A stretch of DNA of 50,045 nucleotides, counting the filler, from Dirinaria sp. TL-2023a (Eukaryota), in assembly GCA_051941275.1 (NCBI GenBank). It is 2 parts of 2 records of this genome, joined end to end, with 100 filler letters (N's around TTAATTAATTAA, not from the genome) between each part and the next. Parts side by side here need not be neighbours in the genome. Positions count along the whole stretch, not along the records: positions 25,111 to 50,045 come from JAVEBF010000180.1; 1 more part is not named here. The stretch is one strand, 5' to 3'. The notes under the pieces were generated by a model, which did no database searches, was not told the DNA's origin, and worked only from the letters and a program-made list of their open reading frames with translations. The first letter of the stretch is position 1. Each line of letters opens with the position of its first letter. The position numbers were made by a program, and so were the translations under genes. Positions 48,698-50,045 of this stretch are shown here, one piece after another.

Positions 48698-49736
48698 GTT
48701 TTGGCAGGGTGATTCATGATTTAGCCATGCATATATTGCTATTAGGTTCTGGGCAGACACGGTATGTGGAAATATTCCGCGTGTAATCACTGCTCTAGGG
48801 CTACGTCTGCCCGAAGCATTTGACGGATCTCGTACTTATTCAATACTTTTTGGCAAAATTTTCTGTTTACCTGCACGCCTTTTCTATTGAAGTGCTCTCA
48901 TCGTGATGTTTCTATTCCCTAACCTGCAATCTGCTCAAGCTGGTCCCGCAATCTGGCCTAGTGATCCTCCATCCGAAACACTTAATGCACCAACAGCCGC
49001 TGCGCCTTCGCGAAAGACCAGCTGTAAGTTTCAGGTTGCTACTACCTCATTCGAGAGCTCGTTTCTATATTGCTGAGACCGAAATACTTATCCGGGGCTG
49101 CGACATGGCACGGTCAGTTGTAGGTCTCAAGAATTCCAGTTGGTAGGCGGTGCACACGATACATATTAAAGCCAGCCACAACCACTACCAACATTAACCA
49201 AAGGCCTTTGAAGGAGCTCCGCAGCATTAGTTACTGTACCACATCAAGTGAACATATAATAACCTCAACCCTTCCCCCTGCGGCTTTTCGCAGTCACTGC
49301 TCGCCAAATTTTTTATTCACCATGAATCACCGCTTCCGAGGACTATTCGGCATCTATAGCCATCTCTTCGCTCTCGCTCTGGCAGCTGTTGCTATGATAT
49401 TCGCTCGATGAGCCATTAGGTTTTCAAAAGCTTGCAATCAGTGTTCCTACAGTGCGGAAGTACGGCGCTGTCAACACGGTTGTCACTAACAACAACAACA
49501 ATAACAAGAAGAAAAAAAAATTATTGGGAACCCAAAAGCAAAAGCTCATCAACAACCCGCTCCAATAACAAAATAAAACAAAACTCTGAACCGGAGAACT
49601 CCAACCCATCTAGAATCAATCAAAAACTTCCCTCCTCCCCCCATCCTCAAACCATTCAATACACCCAGAACATAAAAAAAACATCCACCCTCCTCAAAAC
49701 CCCCCCAAACCACCCCTCTCCTAAACCAGCAACGAC

Positions 49737-50045
49737 ATGCATCTCCCCCTCCTAACCCGGATCCTGGTTCTCATCGTCCAATTCGGGATCCTAGTCATCG
49801 CACTCCCCAACGTCGGGAAACTAGAGCGAAACACCATGGCAGATGCCGCGAACGAAGTCATCGACCACAGTCTCCTCGATCCAGATCCCGCTACCATCTC
49901 CTCTGAAGAGAAGCAGCAGTCTGTTGCTTGCACCGAGGATGGAGGGTGTATCTCCGTGAGGGTTCCTGTGGGCGAGGTTAGGGAGAGGCCGGGGATGGTG
50001 AAGCGGGCGAGTAGTTGGAGCGGGTTTTCGTATTCGGTTATGAGG
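49737..50045 (+). CDS. Secreted protein, partial (runs off the window end)
   Basis: Open from ATG 49737 to the end: MHLPLLTRILVLIVQFGILVIA-LP...CTEDGGC...MVKR-ASSWSGF; signal peptide and a KR Kex2-type site. Confidence 0.7.
   Translation, partial: MHLPLLTRILVLIVQFGILVIALPNVGKLERNTMADAANEVIDHSLLDPDPATISSEEKQQSVACTEDGGCISVRVPVGEVRERPGMVKRASSWSGFSYSVMR

Overview
Intron-containing fungal DNA (filamentous ascomycete; a lichen-forming lineage is a guess based on the style of the secreted proteins). The left ~17 kb is accessory. It holds two secreted-protein genes, an O-methyltransferase, and a ~10.5 kb gene-poor stretch of decayed reading frames with C-to-T-type stops. That stretch also contains a SNF2-type helicase C-terminal remnant and a ~300-nt GC-rich island predicted to fold into a large multi-helix RNA. 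The right ~33 kb is mostly conserved genes: SUV3, SEC1, a G-patch protein, an SDR, a GMC oxidoreductase, MIC60, an Mtc4-like protein, UGA2, TRM734/WDR6 and ADP1. An artificial N44-TTAATTAATTAA-N44 linker interrupts it at 25011-25110. The most interesting candidates are (1) the structured GC island at 14380-14675, (2) a HeLo-like N-terminal domain fused to two Ste50-type RA domains at 38643-40471, and (3) a DUF6314-like domain inserted in frame into the WD40 protein TRM734. All gene and domain assignments come from motif recognition by eye; no searches were run.
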